This document shows, one piece after another, positions 43,538 through 53,963 of a stretch of DNA of 64,000 nt (position 1 is its first letter; every line of letters starts with the position of its first letter). The stretch is from Minisyncoccota bacterium (GTDB lineage: Bacteria > Patescibacteriota > Minisyncoccia > Phycocordibacterales > JAGLPS01), in the NCBI GenBank assembly GCA_023137185.1, contig JAGLPS010000019.1, positions 309 through 64,308 of the forward strand, given 5' to 3'. Both the position numbers and the translations under genes were made by a program. Under the pieces are notes generated by a model. The model did not search any database and was not told the DNA's origin. It was given only the letters and a program-made list of their open reading frames with translations.

Positions 43538-43879
43538 TTATTGAACTGAAGGAACAGTAACTGAAGTTGTTTCCTGAATACCAAGTGCTTGGTTAATAAA
43601 GGCTACAATACCCCAGATTGACGCCATCACAAAGAGCGCGATTACTCCCCAAAGCATCATTGTCTTTCCTTTTGTTTGTGCTTCTTCATTTCCTCCAGCA
43701 AGAAGATACATTGCCAATCCCCAAAAGAAGAAAAGAAGCGCGGCAGCAAACGCGATAGGAATAAGAAGATCAACTATTGACCCAATTGCCTGAACAAGTG
43801 TTTGCACATTGCTTAAATTCTGAGCAAACGCGATTACAGGCGCCCCCAAAATTGCAAAAAGTGCTATATTTTTTTTCAT
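43538..43879 (-). CDS. VirB2/TrbC-like pilin paralog 2 (signal peptide MKKNIALFAILGAPVIAFA)
   Basis: Core AAALLFFFWGLAMYLLAGGNEEAQTKGKTMMLWGVIALFVMASIWGIV. Confidence 0.5.
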   Translation of the reverse strand: MKKNIALFAILGAPVIAFAQNLSNVQTLVQAIGSIVDLLIPIAFAAALLFFFWGLAMYLLAGGNEEAQTKGKTMMLWGVIALFVMASIWGIVAFINQALGIQETTSVTVPSVQ

Positions 43880-44055
43880 TTTTTTGTATAAAGCTAATAA
43901 AAATAATACGAAAACGACCTCATTTTCTAACAAATCATTCTTTATAATACCTTAATTTCAAGCGAAGAACAAGGAGACTGTGGATAAATACCAAGGAGGA
44001 TAAAGCAATTTTAAGGTATTTGTTATTCAAAAAAAAGACCGACCTGATTCACCGT

Positions 44056-44370
44056 CTAAAAAATGTCTTCTTGGAAGAATGTGATAATCCCCCAAATCGA
44101 GACCATAACAAAAAGAGCGGTAATCCCCCATTGCATAAGCCGTTTACCATCGGCGCGCGCTTTCTCGTTATCAGCATTAAGAATAAACTTTGCCAATCCC
44201 CAAAAGAAGAAAAGAAGAGCGGCGGCAGCGGCAATACGAGTAAGGTCATTAAAAAAATCTACAAGGTACCACAAAATCTCTTGGATATTCTCAAAGGCTT
44301 CTGTAATGAATGGGAAAGAAACTAAAATGGAAATAAATATAAGAAAAATGGAGAATGAATATATTTTCAT
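44056..44370 (-). CDS. VirB2/TrbC-like pilin paralog 3
   Basis: Core AAAALLFFFWGLAKFILNADNEKARADGKRLMQWGITALFVMVSIWGII. Confidence 0.5.
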   Translation of the reverse strand: MKIYSFSIFLIFISILVSFPFITEAFENIQEILWYLVDFFNDLTRIAAAAALLFFFWGLAKFILNADNEKARADGKRLMQWGITALFVMVSIWGIITFFQEDIF

Positions 44371-44380
44371 AAGACCTTAA

Positions 44381-44710
44381 TTAAAAACGTGGAGCAAGCG
44401 GCACACCAAATTGAAAGTCAAAACTTCCCGCAATGATACTTGCAAGCGCCCAGGCCGAAAGAATTACGAACAGACCTATAATTCCCCACAGCATAAGTTT
44501 TTTTCCTTCTTCAACCGATTCTTCACTTCCCCCACGAGAGAGAAATTTAGCCAAACCCCATACAAAAAGAAAAAGAGCGTACGCCACCGCTGCCGGAAGC
44601 GCCAGATTTATAATTCCTATAACAATCCCTACAAAACCGCTAAAATCCTGCGGCTGAGCAAACGCCATTAGAGGAAAAAGAAATGAAATTAAAAGCAAAA
44701 AATATCGCAT
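44381..44710 (-). CDS. VirB2/TrbC-like pilin paralog 4 (signal peptide MRYFLLLISFLFPLMAFA)
   Basis: Core AYALFLFVWGLAKFLSRGGSEESVEEGKKLMLWGIIGLFVILSAWAL. Confidence 0.5.
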   Translation of the reverse strand: MRYFLLLISFLFPLMAFAQPQDFSGFVGIVIGIINLALPAAVAYALFLFVWGLAKFLSRGGSEESVEEGKKLMLWGIIGLFVILSAWALASIIAGSFDFQFGVPLAPRF

Positions 44711-44713
44711 AAA

Positions 44714-45055
44714 TTAACCTGTGATTTGGCTGATAGTATTTTCAATAACCTGCGCTATTACCCACGCGCCAAGCAGGATAATCGCTCCGATAGCGCTCCA
44801 CAAAAACGCCCGTTTTGCCACCTCCAGTTTTTCTGGGTTTCCTTGCGCCGTGACAAAAAGAAAACCAGAATAAATAATTGCCAAGACTACAATCACAGCG
44901 CCTATTGGAATAACTATATCCGTGACAATAACCTCAACAAATTTGCCAAGCGTATCAATACCTCCCTTGAGAGGATTTTCAATTCCCTGGGCAGAAACTG
45001 CTAAAGGCAGAGTGCCTGCAATAAGTGAAACAAGTGATATATATGCTTTTTTCAT
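44714..45055 (-). CDS. VirB2/TrbC-like pilin paralog 5 (signal peptide ...LAVSAQG)
   Basis: Core VLAIIYSGFLFVTAQGNPEKLEVAKRAFLWSAIGAIILLGAWVIAQV. Confidence 0.45.
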   Translation of the reverse strand: MKKAYISLVSLIAGTLPLAVSAQGIENPLKGGIDTLGKFVEVIVTDIVIPIGAVIVVLAIIYSGFLFVTAQGNPEKLEVAKRAFLWSAIGAIILLGAWVIAQVIENTISQITG

Positions 45056-45064
45056 AATAGGTAA

Positions 45065-45433
45065 TTAGAGATATGAATAGCTTTCTTTGACAAGAGCGCC
45101 GAGAATAGTGTGAACGATAAGCCACGCGCTTAAAATAATAATAAATCCCCATAACACTTTCCAAAATACTAAATGCGCCTTTTTTATCTGATTCTCACTG
45201 CCTCCTGCCGTGAGATACAAAAATCCAGCGTACACAAACGCGATAACAGCAAGAGGAATTGAGATAACAACAAGAAAATTAACGATACTGTCCCCAAGTT
45301 CCAAAAGAGACCCGAAGTTGCAATCAAGACCGTCACACGGAACAATCCCCTCTTGAGAAAATACGAGTAATGGAAAAACAAAAAAGAGAATACTCGCAAG
45401 AAAAAAAGACTTTTTAAAAATAAGTGATTTCAT
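45065..45433 (-). CDS. VirB2/TrbC-like pilin paralog 6 (signal peptide; CDGLDC motif)
   Basis: Core AVIAFVYAGFLYLTAGGSENQIKKAHLVFWKVLWGFIIILSAWLIV. Confidence 0.45.
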   Translation of the reverse strand: MKSLIFKKSFFLASILFFVFPLLVFSQEGIVPCDGLDCNFGSLLELGDSIVNFLVVISIPLAVIAFVYAGFLYLTAGGSENQIKKAHLVFWKVLWGFIIILSAWLIVHTILGALVKESYSYL

Positions 45434-46728
45434 TGGCTGCTTCTAAATAATTCTGCCATTTCGGCATGAGCCCGCAATACCGCTTCAGTTGTCGCCGTTC
45501 TTCCTCCTGTAACAGATTCTATCATAGATTGGAAAATAGCTCCTGTCGCTGTATTTTCAGGGTCAAGCCATGCTTGCGAACGCAAAGCGCTCTGATAAAA
45601 AATACTAGAATACGCGTCCCCTTTATTTTGGGACAATAAATCACGGCGCGCGGGAGGAAGAGTGGTTTCGCCGCTTAAAACGCTCGCAACCGTAGCTTCA
45701 GCAAAAGCATAGGCAACTCGTATTGAATCAGTAATGTTATCCGATGTTTTTAACACCGACAGCGCGTATACTTTGCCAAAAGTGCTCCGAGTGTCTTCGC
45801 CGCGCGCTTGTGGAAAAAGTGCAACGTCAAAATTAAGATTTGGATTTTTATTTTTGAGAGAAATAAATTCGCTCGCGAAACCAAAATATATCGCCAAATC
45901 GCCTCCTAAAAATGCGTTGTCAGAACGTGAAAGAGAACGATTCCATGAATAGAATAGTTTAATAGGATTTGAAAATTCGGTAAAGAAATTTATTGCCGCA
46001 ACAGCGGGAATAGTAGGTTTGCCAAGTTTCTCTCCAAAGACAAGGGAAACTATTCCATCTGCTTTGCGTGTTGTAATCGGACTGCCTGCCTGAATAACAA
46101 GCGCGCTAATAATATCTTTTGCATTCACTACGTTACGATACTCACCAAACGCGATAGCGCTTTCAAGAATGTTAAGAGACTGGTCTTTCTTTGTGAGTAT
46201 CGTAGAAAGATTGAAAAGTTCGTCCCAATATTGCGGCGGACGACTTATTCCAGCGTTTGAAAAAAGAGTTCGATTCCAATACATCACGAGAGGGTCAACA
46301 AGAATCGGAAAACCCATTACTCCTTCAGGAAAAAGATATAATTCCCCTTCTTCTATAAAGGTATCTTTAAATTGTCGTTCAGAAAAAGATTTGTAGGGTA
46401 CCGGAAAGATTTTGTTTCTGTGCTCCCATAACGCATCTTGAGGTAACATAACAATATCAGGACCTCTGTCTTCAGCAAGAGCTTCAATAAGCTCTTTTTC
46501 TATGGTGAGAGCATTTTTTTGCACGTAGGTGACGATAACTTCTTTCTTTGTCCCCAGAAGAGAGTGGCTCCGTATAGCCTCAGCAATCACAGATTCTGAA
46601 ATTGTGCCCCATACTTCAATATTGCCGTTGGGGCCAGGACCACTTCCTCGGTTTGTCGAAAATATAATTACCCCAGTAACAATAAATACCCCGAAAATAA
46701 TGAGTGTGATAAGTTGAAAACGTGTCAT
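45430..46728 (-). CDS. Membrane-anchored extracellular solute-binding-protein-like protein (ABC-type SBP family 1 fold)
   Basis: N-terminal TM segment. PDIVMLPQDALWEH, VMYWNRTLF and PQYWDELF are typical of MalE-like SBPs. 4-bp overlap with pilin paralog 6. Confidence 0.5.
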   Translation of the reverse strand: MTRFQLITLIIFGVFIVTGVIIFSTNRGSGPGPNGNIEVWGTISESVIAEAIRSHSLLGTKKEVIVTYVQKNALTIEKELIEALAEDRGPDIVMLPQDALWEHRNKIFPVPYKSFSERQFKDTFIEEGELYLFPEGVMGFPILVDPLVMYWNRTLFSNAGISRPPQYWDELFNLSTILTKKDQSLNILESAIAFGEYRNVVNAKDIISALVIQAGSPITTRKADGIVSLVFGEKLGKPTIPAVAAINFFTEFSNPIKLFYSWNRSLSRSDNAFLGGDLAIYFGFASEFISLKNKNPNLNFDVALFPQARGEDTRSTFGKVYALSVLKTSDNITDSIRVAYAFAEATVASVLSGETTLPPARRDLLSQNKGDAYSSIFYQSALRSQAWLDPENTATGAIFQSMIESVTGGRTATTEAVLRAHAEMAELFRSSQ

Positions 46729-47252
46729 ATTTTTTTAAATATAAGTCCGTAATGATGAGCGCCTGCTGGCATACGGCGGTCAAGCGCAAAACCGATTTCT
46801 TCAAAAATTTCTTGTGCTCTTTCCGAAGTCAGTACATTTTCTGGTGTCGGTCCCATATTTTCAAACGACGAAGTCCAGTCAATCACAAGCACTCGCCCTT
46901 TTGGTTTTAAAATCCGTCTCGCTTCTTTTACAAGTCCCGCTTTATCAGGCGTTTGGAATAAGACATTAGAAAGAAAAACAGCGTCAACAAAATTGTCGTG
47001 TAAACCGCTCCCGCCAGGTTTTTCTATATTCCCCCATATTGTTTCAATATTTTTTTTATATATATTCTCTGCTTCATTTTTTAGCTTCGCCAAAAGGTCT
47101 TTCTGAACATCAACGGCATACACTCGTCCTTTCTCTCCTACTATTTTTCCCGCGGCCAAACTGTAAAAACCCGAACCCGAACCCAAATCGGCAACACGCA
47201 TACCAGGCATAAGCCCAAAATTGGCAACATTTTTTTCAGGGTCAGAAAACAT
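46725..47252 (-). CDS. Class I SAM-dependent methyltransferase
   Basis: Motif I VADLGSGSGFYSL; post-I acidic VYAVDV. Confidence 0.7.
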   Translation of the reverse strand: MFSDPEKNVANFGLMPGMRVADLGSGSGFYSLAAGKIVGEKGRVYAVDVQKDLLAKLKNEAENIYKKNIETIWGNIEKPGGSGLHDNFVDAVFLSNVLFQTPDKAGLVKEARRILKPKGRVLVIDWTSSFENMGPTPENVLTSERAQEIFEEIGFALDRRMPAGAHHYGLIFKKI

Positions 47253-47419
47253 AAAGACAGCTTGTTAGTCCGCCAGCTGGCGGAGTAACTTATTAGCTCG
47301 TCAAATACAACAAGCTAATTATATTATAGCGCGCACAAATTTTACTTACCACATATATCCAGACACATCTGTGGAAACCTTGGCTTTCTGAAGTTTTTTC
47401 CTACAAACCAAACAAGCTG

Positions 47420-49885
47420 TTAGAGACAGATAAGAGAGGCGATACTGTCTTTGTCCCGCAACTTCATAATACGAACACCCTGCGTTGAACGACTTAAGAG
47501 TGGAATTTCTTCAATTCCAACGCGTATAACTTGGCTTTTCTTGGAAATCGCGACAATTTCACTATCTTCCTCTTCAACAATTTTTGACGCAACAAGTTGG
47601 CCGGTTTTTGTGGTTACATTTGCCGTTTTAATTCCTGAACCTCCGCGTTTTTGTATTTTATATTCTTTAATGGATGTTTTCTTGCCAAACCCGTTCGATG
47701 AAACTACCAAAAGGAACGGATTTCTCATATCTTTTGTTACAACATACGCGCCAACAATAAAATCGTTTCTAGAAAGGCGGATACACCGAACACCACCGGC
47801 GCTTCGTCCCATTTCGCGAATATCGGATTCTTTAAAGTGAATTGACTGACCCTTTCCTGTTATTGCCATAATGGTTTCACTCTTTGCTACAAATGAAGCG
47901 GAAACAAGCTCATCTCCTTTTGGCAATTTAATGGCTATAATACCGCTTCTACGCACATCGTGAAAACTTTTCGCCGCGACTTTTTTTGCAGTTCCTCCTT
48001 TTGTTACCATAAGAATAGAAAGGGGGCTTTGTTTTATCTCTATTGGCATCGAAAGCACGGAAGTAACTTTTTCCTCGGCTTCAAGTGAAAGAAAGTTTAG
48101 TATTGATTTTCCTTTAGTCGCCCGTCTTCCTTCCGGAATATCATACATTTTTATCTGATACGCCTTTCCCTTGTCAGTAAAGAAAAGCAAGTCGCTGTGA
48201 GTAGAAGCATTAAGGAAAGTTGTTACAAAATCCTCTTCTTTTGTGTTTAGGTCAACGACACCCACCCCCCCGCGTTTCTGTTTTTTAAACTCATCAGGAT
48301 TAGTTCGTTTTATATATCCGCCAGAAGTCAAAACGAGAGCATTTTCTTCGTCAGGAATTAAATCCTCTGGAGAAATAACACGCGCACCTGATTTGATAAC
48401 TTTGGTTCTCCTCTCATCTCCGTACTTATCCGAAATATCCGCAAGTCCCGCTTTTATAATTGATAGAATTTTCTTTTCGCTCGACAGAATCGTTTTGAGT
48501 TCAACAATAAGTTTTTGCGTTTCCTTTAAGTCATTCTCGATTTTCTTGCGTTCAAGACCCGCAAGTTTCTGCAACTTCATTTCAAGGATAGCGGTAGCTT
48601 GTCTGTCGGAAAACTTGAATGTTTTCATCAGTTCACTGTGCGCATTTTCCACGTCTCTCGCGGCCTTAATGAGCTTGATAATCTTGTCTATATGGTCAAG
48701 CGCCTTTTTAAGACCTAAAAGAATGTGTTCCTTCTCTTCGGCTTTGCGAAGGTCAAATTCGGTTCTTCGGCGGATAATAATAATCCGATGTTTTATGAAT
48801 TCTTGCAGAATGCCTTTAAGAGCAAGCGTATGCGGAATGCCATTTACAAGCGCAACAACATTAAAGTGGAAAGTATCTTCAAGCGCCGTATGTTTATAGA
48901 GATAATTGAGCACTTTTTGCGGGTAACTTCCTGTTTTGAGTTCTATGACAATACGAATGTCCCTTGTTGACTCGTCGCGAAGCGCTTTAATCCCTTCAAT
49001 TTTTTTATCCCGTACAAGCTCGGCAATTTTTACAATCAAATCCGCTTTATTTACCCGATACGGTAATGATGTAACGACTATCTGAAACGAACCCGCTTTT
49101 GGTTCAACAATTTCAGCAACACCACGTGTCACTACACCGCCCCGTCCTGTAGCATAGGCATGGTGGATATCTTTTTCATTAAAAATAAGGCCTCCTGTTG
49201 GAAAATCAGGACCTTTAATAAACTGCAGCAAATCTTCGGTTGTCGCGTTTTTGTTATCAATGAGATAGACGGTTGCATCAATGACTTCTCCAAGGTTATG
49301 AGGTGGTATATTTGTAGCCATACCAACAGCAATACCAAGAGTGCCATTAAGCAACAAATTCGGAGCGGCAGATGGAAGAACAGTCGGTTCTTTTTTAGTG
49401 CCGTCGTAGTTTGGGCGAAATTTTACTGTCTCTTTTTCAATGTCTTTCAAAAGCTCTCCGGAGAGTTTAGACATTTTCGCCTCTGTATATCTCATTGCCG
49501 CCGCGGAATCTCCGTCAATGTTCCCGAAGTTTCCTTGTCCCGCGATAAGCTGATAACGCATCAAAAATCCTTGTGCCATTTTTACCATTGCGTCATAGAC
49601 AGAGGCATCGCCGTGAGGATGATAATTACCGAGGACATCTCCCACTACAACCGCCGACTTTCTGAATTTTGATGTTGAAACAAGCCCCATTCGATGCATT
49701 GAATAAAGAATGCGACGCTGAACCGGCTTAAGTCCATCCCGAACATCGGGTAATGCCCTTGATGTAATAACAGACATCGCATAATCTAAATACGATTCCT
49801 TCATTTCGGAAGTTATGCTTCTCGGTACAATATTTTTGGAGCTATTTTCCGCCCCATTTTCTTGTGTATCTTTCTTTTCCGTCAT
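47420..49885 (-). CDS. gyrA: DNA gyrase subunit A
   Basis: [12 protein letters not shown]...AAMRYTE (active-site Tyr region), beta-pinwheel C-terminal domain, and a GyrA box QKRGGSG. Confidence 0.9.
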   Translation of the reverse strand: MTEKKDTQENGAENSSKNIVPRSITSEMKESYLDYAMSVITSRALPDVRDGLKPVQRRILYSMHRMGLVSTSKFRKSAVVVGDVLGNYHPHGDASVYDAMVKMAQGFLMRYQLIAGQGNFGNIDGDSAAAMRYTEAKMSKLSGELLKDIEKETVKFRPNYDGTKKEPTVLPSAAPNLLLNGTLGIAVGMATNIPPHNLGEVIDATVYLIDNKNATTEDLLQFIKGPDFPTGGLIFNEKDIHHAYATGRGGVVTRGVAEIVEPKAGSFQIVVTSLPYRVNKADLIVKIAELVRDKKIEGIKALRDESTRDIRIVIELKTGSYPQKVLNYLYKHTALEDTFHFNVVALVNGIPHTLALKGILQEFIKHRIIIIRRRTEFDLRKAEEKEHILLGLKKALDHIDKIIKLIKAARDVENAHSELMKTFKFSDRQATAILEMKLQKLAGLERKKIENDLKETQKLIVELKTILSSEKKILSIIKAGLADISDKYGDERRTKVIKSGARVISPEDLIPDEENALVLTSGGYIKRTNPDEFKKQKRGGVGVVDLNTKEEDFVTTFLNASTHSDLLFFTDKGKAYQIKMYDIPEGRRATKGKSILNFLSLEAEEKVTSVLSMPIEIKQSPLSILMVTKGGTAKKVAAKSFHDVRRSGIIAIKLPKGDELVSASFVAKSETIMAITGKGQSIHFKESDIREMGRSAGGVRCIRLSRNDFIVGAYVVTKDMRNPFLLVVSSNGFGKKTSIKEYKIQKRGGSGIKTANVTTKTGQLVASKIVEEEDSEIVAISKKSQVIRVGIEEIPLLSRSTQGVRIMKLRDKDSIASLICL

Positions 49886-50062
49886 ACAAATTTAAAAGCT
49901 ACTGTGTAAGTGAGGAGCGCCATGTAAATAGTTTATTTACATGGCGTCCAAGCAAAATCATAACAAAAGTTTACTTTGTAATTATAGCATATTTCCAGCC
50001 TTTTACCTACTAAAAATTGTATTTTTCTCCATTACTTCGCAGCCTTTTTGTTACAGAGAAAA

Positions 50063-50263
50063 TTACATTTCATCAAAAAAAATGTTGAGTGGAGATGATG
50101 CAGCGGATTGTTCCACGCCCTTATCTATGCGGAGAGAACGGGTATATAAAATAGTAAGCCACACAAAAACAATAACGCCTGTGAGAACAACTGCTGTAAT
50201 GATGGCAATGCGTTTGCGAACACTCTCCGGTTTTGCTTTTAAATGTTCAAGAATATTAGGCAT
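50063..50263 (-). CDS. Small hypothetical single-TM protein, translationally coupled to the upstream MBL-like gene (start 2 nt after its stop)
   Basis: ORF track; ATG at 50261-50263; TM helix IAIITAVVLTGVIVFVWLTILY. Confidence 0.3.
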   Translation of the reverse strand: MPNILEHLKAKPESVRKRIAIITAVVLTGVIVFVWLTILYTRSLRIDKGVEQSAASSPLNIFFDEM

Positions 50264-50918
50264 ATGAAGGTGAAATAACAATAATATCTCCCTTTTTGCC
50301 TTCTACATCCTTTCTTTTAAGCGTTACTTTCTCCTGCGGTTCTACTTTTTCTACTCCTCCCTCCTTGAGAAACGTGTTTAACAACTTGTTCTGCTGGTCA
50401 AAGTGCATTGGAATAATAATACTGGGTTCAAGACTTACTGAAAATTCATACGCTTCCGCGGGAGACATTACCCCGTCTCCTCCAATAGGAACAAAAAGAA
50501 TCCCAATATCCTCCATTTCCTCAAGCACTTCAGGGGAAAGATTTTTGTTTGAAAGGGCGCCTAAAAAACACAGACGAATATCTTCCAATGTAACCATATA
50601 AATGGTATTGATTCGCTTCTTTTCTCCGTAATGCGAAACTGAAGGAAATCCTTTTATAATAACTCCCTTCACATCATATTCTCCGGGACCGGAAATAATA
50701 AACGGTTTTTTCTCTCCGAAAACAAGACTGTCAACTCCGTTAAAGTCTTTGTCTCGAACACTTACCAGAGCTATGTCAGCCCCAAATTTCGGAGATTTGA
50801 TTTTAGATTCCTTTGAAGGCGGATTAAAACCTAATACCATATCCCCAAACTGGACTTTGAAAGATTGCAAACCGTAATATGTAATAATCATAGGAAAAAG
50901 TATAGCACAATATGGCAC
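50256..50918 (-). CDS. Metallo-beta-lactamase-fold hydrolase-like protein (COG2220/UPF0173-like) with a degenerate metal-binding motif
   Basis: ITYYGLQSFKVQ (versus the usual ITWLGHSSF) ... LFVPIGGDGVMSPAEAYEF...IIPMHFD. Confidence 0.45.
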   Translation of the reverse strand: MPYCAILFPMIITYYGLQSFKVQFGDMVLGFNPPSKESKIKSPKFGADIALVSVRDKDFNGVDSLVFGEKKPFIISGPGEYDVKGVIIKGFPSVSHYGEKKRINTIYMVTLEDIRLCFLGALSNKNLSPEVLEEMEDIGILFVPIGGDGVMSPAEAYEFSVSLEPSIIIPMHFDQQNKLLNTFLKEGGVEKVEPQEKVTLKRKDVEGKKGDIIVISPSYA

Positions 50919-51002
50919 TTTTTTTCGTGAAAATTGAAAGTCAACTTGGAAGCTCGGCTTCCAAAAAAGAGCTCCGAAATGTTGTATGGGGCAGCCTTTA
51001 GC

Positions 51003-51066
51003 TATTAGCTCTTAGGCGGAAGAATTTTTCCTAATAGCTATCTTCCTAAAGGCTAAAAGCTATACC
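51003..51066. repeat. Intergenic motif copy 1 of TAGCTNTTAGGCRGAAGAATTTTTCYWAAAGCTA (also at 53262..53300 and 58358..58392), embedded in AGCTATTAG/CTAATAGCT inverted repeats
   Basis: Three copies, each upstream of a plus-strand gene (rpsA-like, lepB, trxB). Confidence 0.6.
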
Positions 51067-51441
51067 AGGGGGTTTACCCCCACACCTGTTTCCCCGTTGT
51101 CACAGTATTTTCAGGAATAATGTGATTGTAAAAAGTGTGGCTATACTTTCCAATGTTATGAATACATCGACTTAGGCGACAAAATACTACGAGAAAACAG
51201 GTGTGGGGGTATACAAAAGTCTTTTTCTCCGTATAATAGGGAAATCTGTCTTTATTATGTACTGTCTTAAAGAGACAGGGTAGTTAAGATATGTTCTTTA
51301 TTGGAAGCGACCATTTATCCTCACAGCTCTGCTGCGGGAATCGACGGACGGCAAACTTTATTATTAATCGGAAAAGAGTAGCCTCATATTTGAGAACAGA
51401 GAGAATCGGCACTATGAACCTCTTTTCTATACAACATTATA

Positions 51442-52569
51442 ATGGAAAATGAAACACAAACTTCGGCAGACGCCCTAGAAACGCCTCACGAAGAAAAAGA
51501 TAAGAGCAAAAAAAAGGACTCATTGATGGGGTCTTTATTTTCATCCACCCCAAATCCCCCACTTGTCGGCGATCTTGTGGAAGGTTCTGTAATTGGCGTA
51601 ACCAAGGACGCGGTGTATGTTAACCTCCCCCCATTTGGAACAGGAATTATTTTTGGTCGGGAATATCTAAACAGTCGCGATGTTATAAAAAAGATAAATA
51701 TCGGAGATAATGTCGCTGGCAAAGTAATCGAAATCGCAAACAAAGACGGTTACATTGAAATTTCTCTGAAAGAAGCCCGCCAAGCGCTTTTATGGAGCGA
51801 GGCAGAAATATATATTAAAAACAAAACTCCTCTTGAGCTTGTCATAGCCGACGCAAATCGCGGAGGACTTATTCTTGAATGGCAAGGAATACAAGGGTTC
51901 TTGCCTGCCTCCCAACTTAAAACAGAGCATTATCCCCGCGTAAACGACGGAAACAAAGACAAAATCCTTGAAGAACTTAAAAAATTAGTCGGACAAAAAA
52001 TTTCTGTCTCTATTATTTCCGTTCTTCCGAAAGAAGGAAAAATGATTTTTTCGGAAAAGGACCCCGAACAAAAGAACAAGGATGAAATTGTTGACAAGTA
52101 CTCTCTCGGAGACGAAATTGAGGGCGAAATAACAGGAATCGTTGATTTTGGAATCTTCATAAAGATTGAGGAAGGCCTTGAGGGGCTTGTGCATATTTCT
52201 GAAATCGATTGGTCGCTCGTTGAAGACCCGCGTTCTCTTTATAATCTCGGAGACAAAGTAAAAGTAAAAATCATTGATATCAAGGATGGAAAAATTTCAC
52301 TATCAATTAAAGCGCTCAAAGAAAATCCCTGGATGTCAGCCGAAAAGAGATACAAAAAGGATAACATCGTGCAAGGAGTAGTCATTAAGTTCAACAAACA
52401 CGGTGCTCTCGCATCAATTGAAGAAGGAATCGCCGGACTCGTTCATGTGTCTGAATTTGGAAACGAAACTGCGCTACGTCAGAAATTGGAGCTTGGTAAA
52501 ACTTACGCGTTCAAGATTTCACTTTTTGATCCGAAAGAACGTCGTATGGCGCTTTCGTTTGTGGAATAA
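51442..52569 (+). CDS. rpsA: 30S ribosomal protein S1-like (four S1 domains)
   Basis: Four S1/OB repeats (GDLVEGSVIGV..., NVAGKVIEI..., GDEIEGEITGIVDFGIFIKI..., NIVQGVVIKFNKHGALASI...). Confidence 0.75.
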   Translation: MENETQTSADALETPHEEKDKSKKKDSLMGSLFSSTPNPPLVGDLVEGSVIGVTKDAVYVNLPPFGTGIIFGREYLNSRDVIKKINIGDNVAGKVIEIANKDGYIEISLKEARQALLWSEAEIYIKNKTPLELVIADANRGGLILEWQGIQGFLPASQLKTEHYPRVNDGNKDKILEELKKLVGQKISVSIISVLPKEGKMIFSEKDPEQKNKDEIVDKYSLGDEIEGEITGIVDFGIFIKIEEGLEGLVHISEIDWSLVEDPRSLYNLGDKVKVKIIDIKDGKISLSIKALKENPWMSAEKRYKKDNIVQGVVIKFNKHGALASIEEGIAGLVHVSEFGNETALRQKLELGKTYAFKISLFDPKERRMALSFVE

Positions 52570-52639
52570 CTACTAGCTTTTGCCAGAGTGATTAAAAATA
52601 TTTTTTCTAAAAGATAATCCGCTAGATGGCGGATTAAAG

Positions 52640-53233
52640 CTACTTCCGATGTGCAACTTCAGTAGCCTTTCCCCTCCCTTCCGTTAACCACGCATCAAGC
52701 GCAATATTTACTCGGTGGGCAACTTTTTTAAGTTCGCCTTCCTCTTTTGGTTTAAAATTATTGAGAATAAAACTATTGACGGCTTTCTCTCCGCGAGGTT
52801 TTTTTGGGATACCTTTTGATGTTTTTTCTGATACTCCGACGCGAAATCGTAAAAAACCTTTAGTTTTAACAGCGCGCATAATTGATTCTACCCCCCGATG
52901 GCCGGCAGACCCACGATTAAAAGAAAGTTTGAGCGTCCCAAGCGGCAAATCAAGGTCATCGTGTACTACCCCCAGTTTCTCTGCTTTTTTTACGCTTGTT
53001 ACAAGATGCTTAAGACTTACACCCGACTTATTCATAAAAGTCTCTGGAAATACAAGAGTAACACTCTTTCCCCCGCGCTTCCCCTTTGAAACAAGAGCTT
53101 TAAGCTTCTTATCTTCCTTCCACTCCGGAAATTTCCACAATATCCGCACTTCTTCTACAATAATATGCCCCGTATTATGGCGAGAGTGAGCATATTCTTT
53201 TCCGGGATTTCCAAGACCAACAATAATATACAT
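52640..53233 (-). CDS. pth: Peptidyl-tRNA hydrolase
   Basis: MYIIVGLGNPGKEYAHSRHNTGHIIVEE. Confidence 0.85.
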   Translation of the reverse strand: MYIIVGLGNPGKEYAHSRHNTGHIIVEEVRILWKFPEWKEDKKLKALVSKGKRGGKSVTLVFPETFMNKSGVSLKHLVTSVKKAEKLGVVHDDLDLPLGTLKLSFNRGSAGHRGVESIMRAVKTKGFLRFRVGVSEKTSKGIPKKPRGEKAVNSFILNNFKPKEEGELKKVAHRVNIALDAWLTEGRGKATEVAHRK

Positions 53234-53369
53234 AGCTTTTAGTTTTTAGCTATTAACTGTTAACTCTTAGGCAGAAGAATTTTTCTAAAAGCTAATAGCT
53301 AACTAATTGTACTGACTATGTCTCTATTGCGTCAAGAGAAGCACCTGTATTACAATTGGCTTTATAATA

Positions 53370-53963
53370 ATGTCCGATACTCCTCAAGAACCATTTTCCA
53401 AAGAAGGTTATTCCTTGGGAAAAAAAGAAAGCGGATCATTCGCAGATACACTACGTTTTGTGTTGTTCGCGTTGCTTATAGTAATTCCATTCCGGATTTT
53501 TATTGCCCAACCTTTTATCGTCAGCGGCGCATCTATGGATCCTACGTTTGAAACTGGAGATTATCTTATTGTTGATCAGATAACACCACGTTATTTTAAA
53601 GAACTGAAACGCAAAGAGGTGGTAGTATTTCACTATCCACTTGACACGACACGCTCTTTTATAAAAAGAATAATCGGACTGCCGGGAGAAACTGTCGAAA
53701 TACGATCTGGTGTTGTCACTATAAAAAATGAGGAAAATTCGGATGGACTTACTCTTTCAGAACCATACGTTCTTTATCAAAGAGACGTAACAATGACAAC
53801 GATTTTGAAAGAAAATGAATATTTCGTTATGGGAGATAATAGAGAAGGGAGTTTGGATTCGCGAATCTGGGGACCACTTGAAAAAAAATATATTATCGGT
53901 AGACCTATATTTCGGCTTTTTCCATTTCAAAAATTTAACATTATTTTTCTAGAGTATGAATAA
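53370..53963 (+). CDS. lepB: Signal peptidase I
   Basis: TM segment, SGASMDPT (Ser box), IKRIIGLPGETVEI, VMGDNREGSLDSR. Confidence 0.8.
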   Translation: MSDTPQEPFSKEGYSLGKKESGSFADTLRFVLFALLIVIPFRIFIAQPFIVSGASMDPTFETGDYLIVDQITPRYFKELKRKEVVVFHYPLDTTRSFIKRIIGLPGETVEIRSGVVTIKNEENSDGLTLSEPYVLYQRDVTMTTILKENEYFVMGDNREGSLDSRIWGPLEKKYIIGRPIFRLFPFQKFNIIFLEYE

